In this document: piece by piece, positions 62,001 through 64,000 of the stretch | Layout of the letters: each line of letters starts with the position of its first letter | Position numbering within the stretch: the stretch's first letter is position 1 | DNA from: Podarcis erhardii | Lineage: Eukaryota | DNA: 64,000 nt | Reading direction: 5' to 3' (one strand) | NCBI GenBank assembly: GCA_964252035.1 | Contig: OZ176201.1 | Program-made: the position numbers and the translations under genes | The notes under the pieces: generated by a model | Told to the model about the DNA's origin: nothing | Seen by the model: the letters and a program-made list of their open reading frames with translations, nothing else | Database searches by the model: none

Positions 62001-64000
62001 CCTAGGTTTTCTGTTCCAAGGAGCACATTTTCACACTGCAAAATCTCTGAATAATTGAATGTGGTAAATCTGAATGTCAACAGTAGATTCTGCCAAATTA
62101 AAGGACATGGGGTGGGAGTGGGGGCAGGGTTAGGGGGACATTGTAAACAACTGTTTGTATTTTCTACTTATTTATGATTGAAAAAAAGAAAGACTGGTTT
62201 TTTTCTAATTTACTTTGTAGAACTTTGTGGCCTATTTTATCTGTTATTTTGTAACTAAGAAGTTAAATATTCAGTATTGTGACTAACTGTTGGTGAACTG
62301 GTTTGGATTCAGGGAGATGGGGGAGGGAGGGCGGAATAGCATAAATGTTTGTTCACATAAGTGATTGCATTTCCAAAAAAAAAAAAGTGGGGAGAGAATG
62401 AGAGCATACCTTGAATGCTTTGTGGGATTGGAAAAGGGACATGTTCTTGAAACAGTGTTCTTGATTTGGATGAATTCCAGAAATGTCCAGTTACAGATCA
62501 CTTGGACGTTCAAGACACCTGCAGCCAGCAGTTGCAGATCTGGTTCTGACCAAAGCAGTTTCCAGAGTTGTCTGGTAACTTTTGTTTAAGAGAAGGACAC
62601 ATCTTCCAAACTTTCAGCATTAATTCATCATTAGTCACAATCTCGTTGAGAGGTATCAGTTAATAACAATATAACCAGAAGTACACATTTACAAAATATT
62701 TATACATACTGCAAATTAGAAAAAAAATGGAATTAATTCTCATTATTTACACTTTGCTTCAAAACTATGTATGTGGTTCTGGTCAGATTGAATCCGCAAG
62801 GCAGAATAAGCATCAGAATCGGAGCATGGATGTTTTGAGCAACCAAAAACCTGGGTGTTTTGTTATTTAAGCAGCAACAGCTGGGCTGGGCAGCTGCTAA
62901 GGCAGGCCTAGGGAGGCAGAGGGAAGAGGAATGGCTGGAGGATAGGTGAGCAGTCAAGGCTGATGGAAGGAAACTTGCAGCTAATTTGTGCAACGAGAAG
63001 GTGTGTGCTGCTATGGCAACAGAAATTACTGTGCTTTGCTTTAAGCCTTAAAGAGTAATGTAATTTTTCCTTTATGGTGTGACCTTAACCCATGTTTACT
63101 TGGAGGTTAAGCACCATCATGTGCAATGGGGCATGCTTCTGAGTAATATACATAGCAGGTCTCCACTTCCAAATGCCACCAGGAAACAATTTCAAAGAGG
63201 CAAGAAGTGTTTCAGGGTTGTATCCAGTTGTACCTCTCCTGACTGGCAAAAGGCTGCTTTGTCTAGTGGTGGCTTCCATGGCGGAAAGTGAGAGGTGGTT
63301 TTTTGCAAGTCCCCTCTTACTCCTGCATTGCCCTGCACTACGCTCCCCAAATCTCTGGATCAGATTTAGGGGACTGCAGAGGGAACGGAAAATCAGCAGC
63401 AATTGCATCTTCTCCCTGCTTGTCCTCCTGTTTCTGTATGTGTAAACCTTCAGTGGATCAAAGAGACTTCCATCTACAGAGGGACACCATTGGGTACAAC
63501 CCTCAGCCATTATTGCCTCTCTATCCATCAGCCAGTAGGACACTAGACAGTTGTAAACTTTGCACAGCTTTCTTTGCTTGAGAGGACCTGAACTCAAAGC
63601 ATTTAGTTAAAAAAAAAAAACCTTTCCTCTTAGCATTTTTTAGAAGTCTGTAGTTGCTAGCCTGTTATAAACTGAAGGTGATTTCCATGCTGTATTGAGT
63701 AAATCATATTGACTGGTGAAACTGTGCTGAACAGAAGCTCAAATAAGATTTTAAAGGAACAATCACATCTCCACTGAGGCACAATGGTTCTGCATTATTT
63801 TTCTTTTAATAGTGATCAGTGCAGAATAAAAACTTGGTTCTTTCCTGTATGGGAAAAGGTAGTGATGTTCTGAACTACCTTGCAGTGTTTGTTTTTTTTG
63901 CAAGAACTGTACACTAAAGGAAAAAATTGTTTTATCATATGGAATGATGAACCCAAACTTGGATGCCATCTGTTTGGGACTGGAGGCGGGTTGGAATCCA
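59068..64000 (+). other. SLC6A6: SLC6A6 3'UTR (end not determined; AATAAA candidates at 61190, 61678, 63825)
   Basis: Follows the stop codon. Blocks at ~59125-59170, 59270-59300, 59380-59405, 61855-61880 and ~62090-62290 resemble the long mammalian SLC6A6 3'UTR as I recall it. Cleavage site cannot be fixed from DNA. Confidence 0.6.
59415..59500. repeat. ~95-bp palindromic repeat copy inside the 3'UTR
   Basis: aatcctat (59421-59428) / ataggatt (59491-59498) termini; cccattgaacacagtgggacttacttctgagtaaac core. Confidence 0.75.

Noticed and set aside
63085-63597. 170-aa minus-strand ORF near the window end as a neighbouring gene exon
   Set aside because: No recognisable homology, and it overlaps a degraded repeat and the probable 3'UTR.

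Overview
Squamate (very likely lacertid lizard) genomic DNA containing almost the whole taurine transporter gene SLC6A6 (TauT) on the + strand. A CpG-island promoter lies at ~4.9-6.6 kb, with a TATA box and a consensus TonE/NFAT5 element. After a ~27 kb 5' region there are 12 visible coding exons (33335-59067) and a long 3'UTR running towards the window end. The 13th coding exon (125 nt in mammals) is not readable; a 132-N gap at 45264-45395 matches it in position, splice context and size. Introns hold typical lizard repeats: Sauria SINE, Squam3-type and other tRNA SINEs, Bov-B, CR1, L2, L1-like tails, and hAT and Tigger-type MITEs, many with intact target-site duplications. Highlights: (1) a Penelope-like insertion forming a perfect 96-bp inverted repeat with a minimal hammerhead ribozyme and a 13-bp TSD; (2) two different hAT MITEs stacked at one 8-bp target, giving three TSD copies; (3) a GC-AG splice donor; (4) Cys in place of the mammalian PKC site Ser322; (5) miR-183/96/182, miR-30, miR-19 and miR-130 seed sites in the 3'UTR; (6) an abundant ~95-bp palindromic repeat I cannot name. 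I found no convincing evidence of a wholly new biological system. Comparisons with human sequence and repeat consensuses are from memory and need alignment to confirm. Nearly all short ORFs in the track are chance ORFs.
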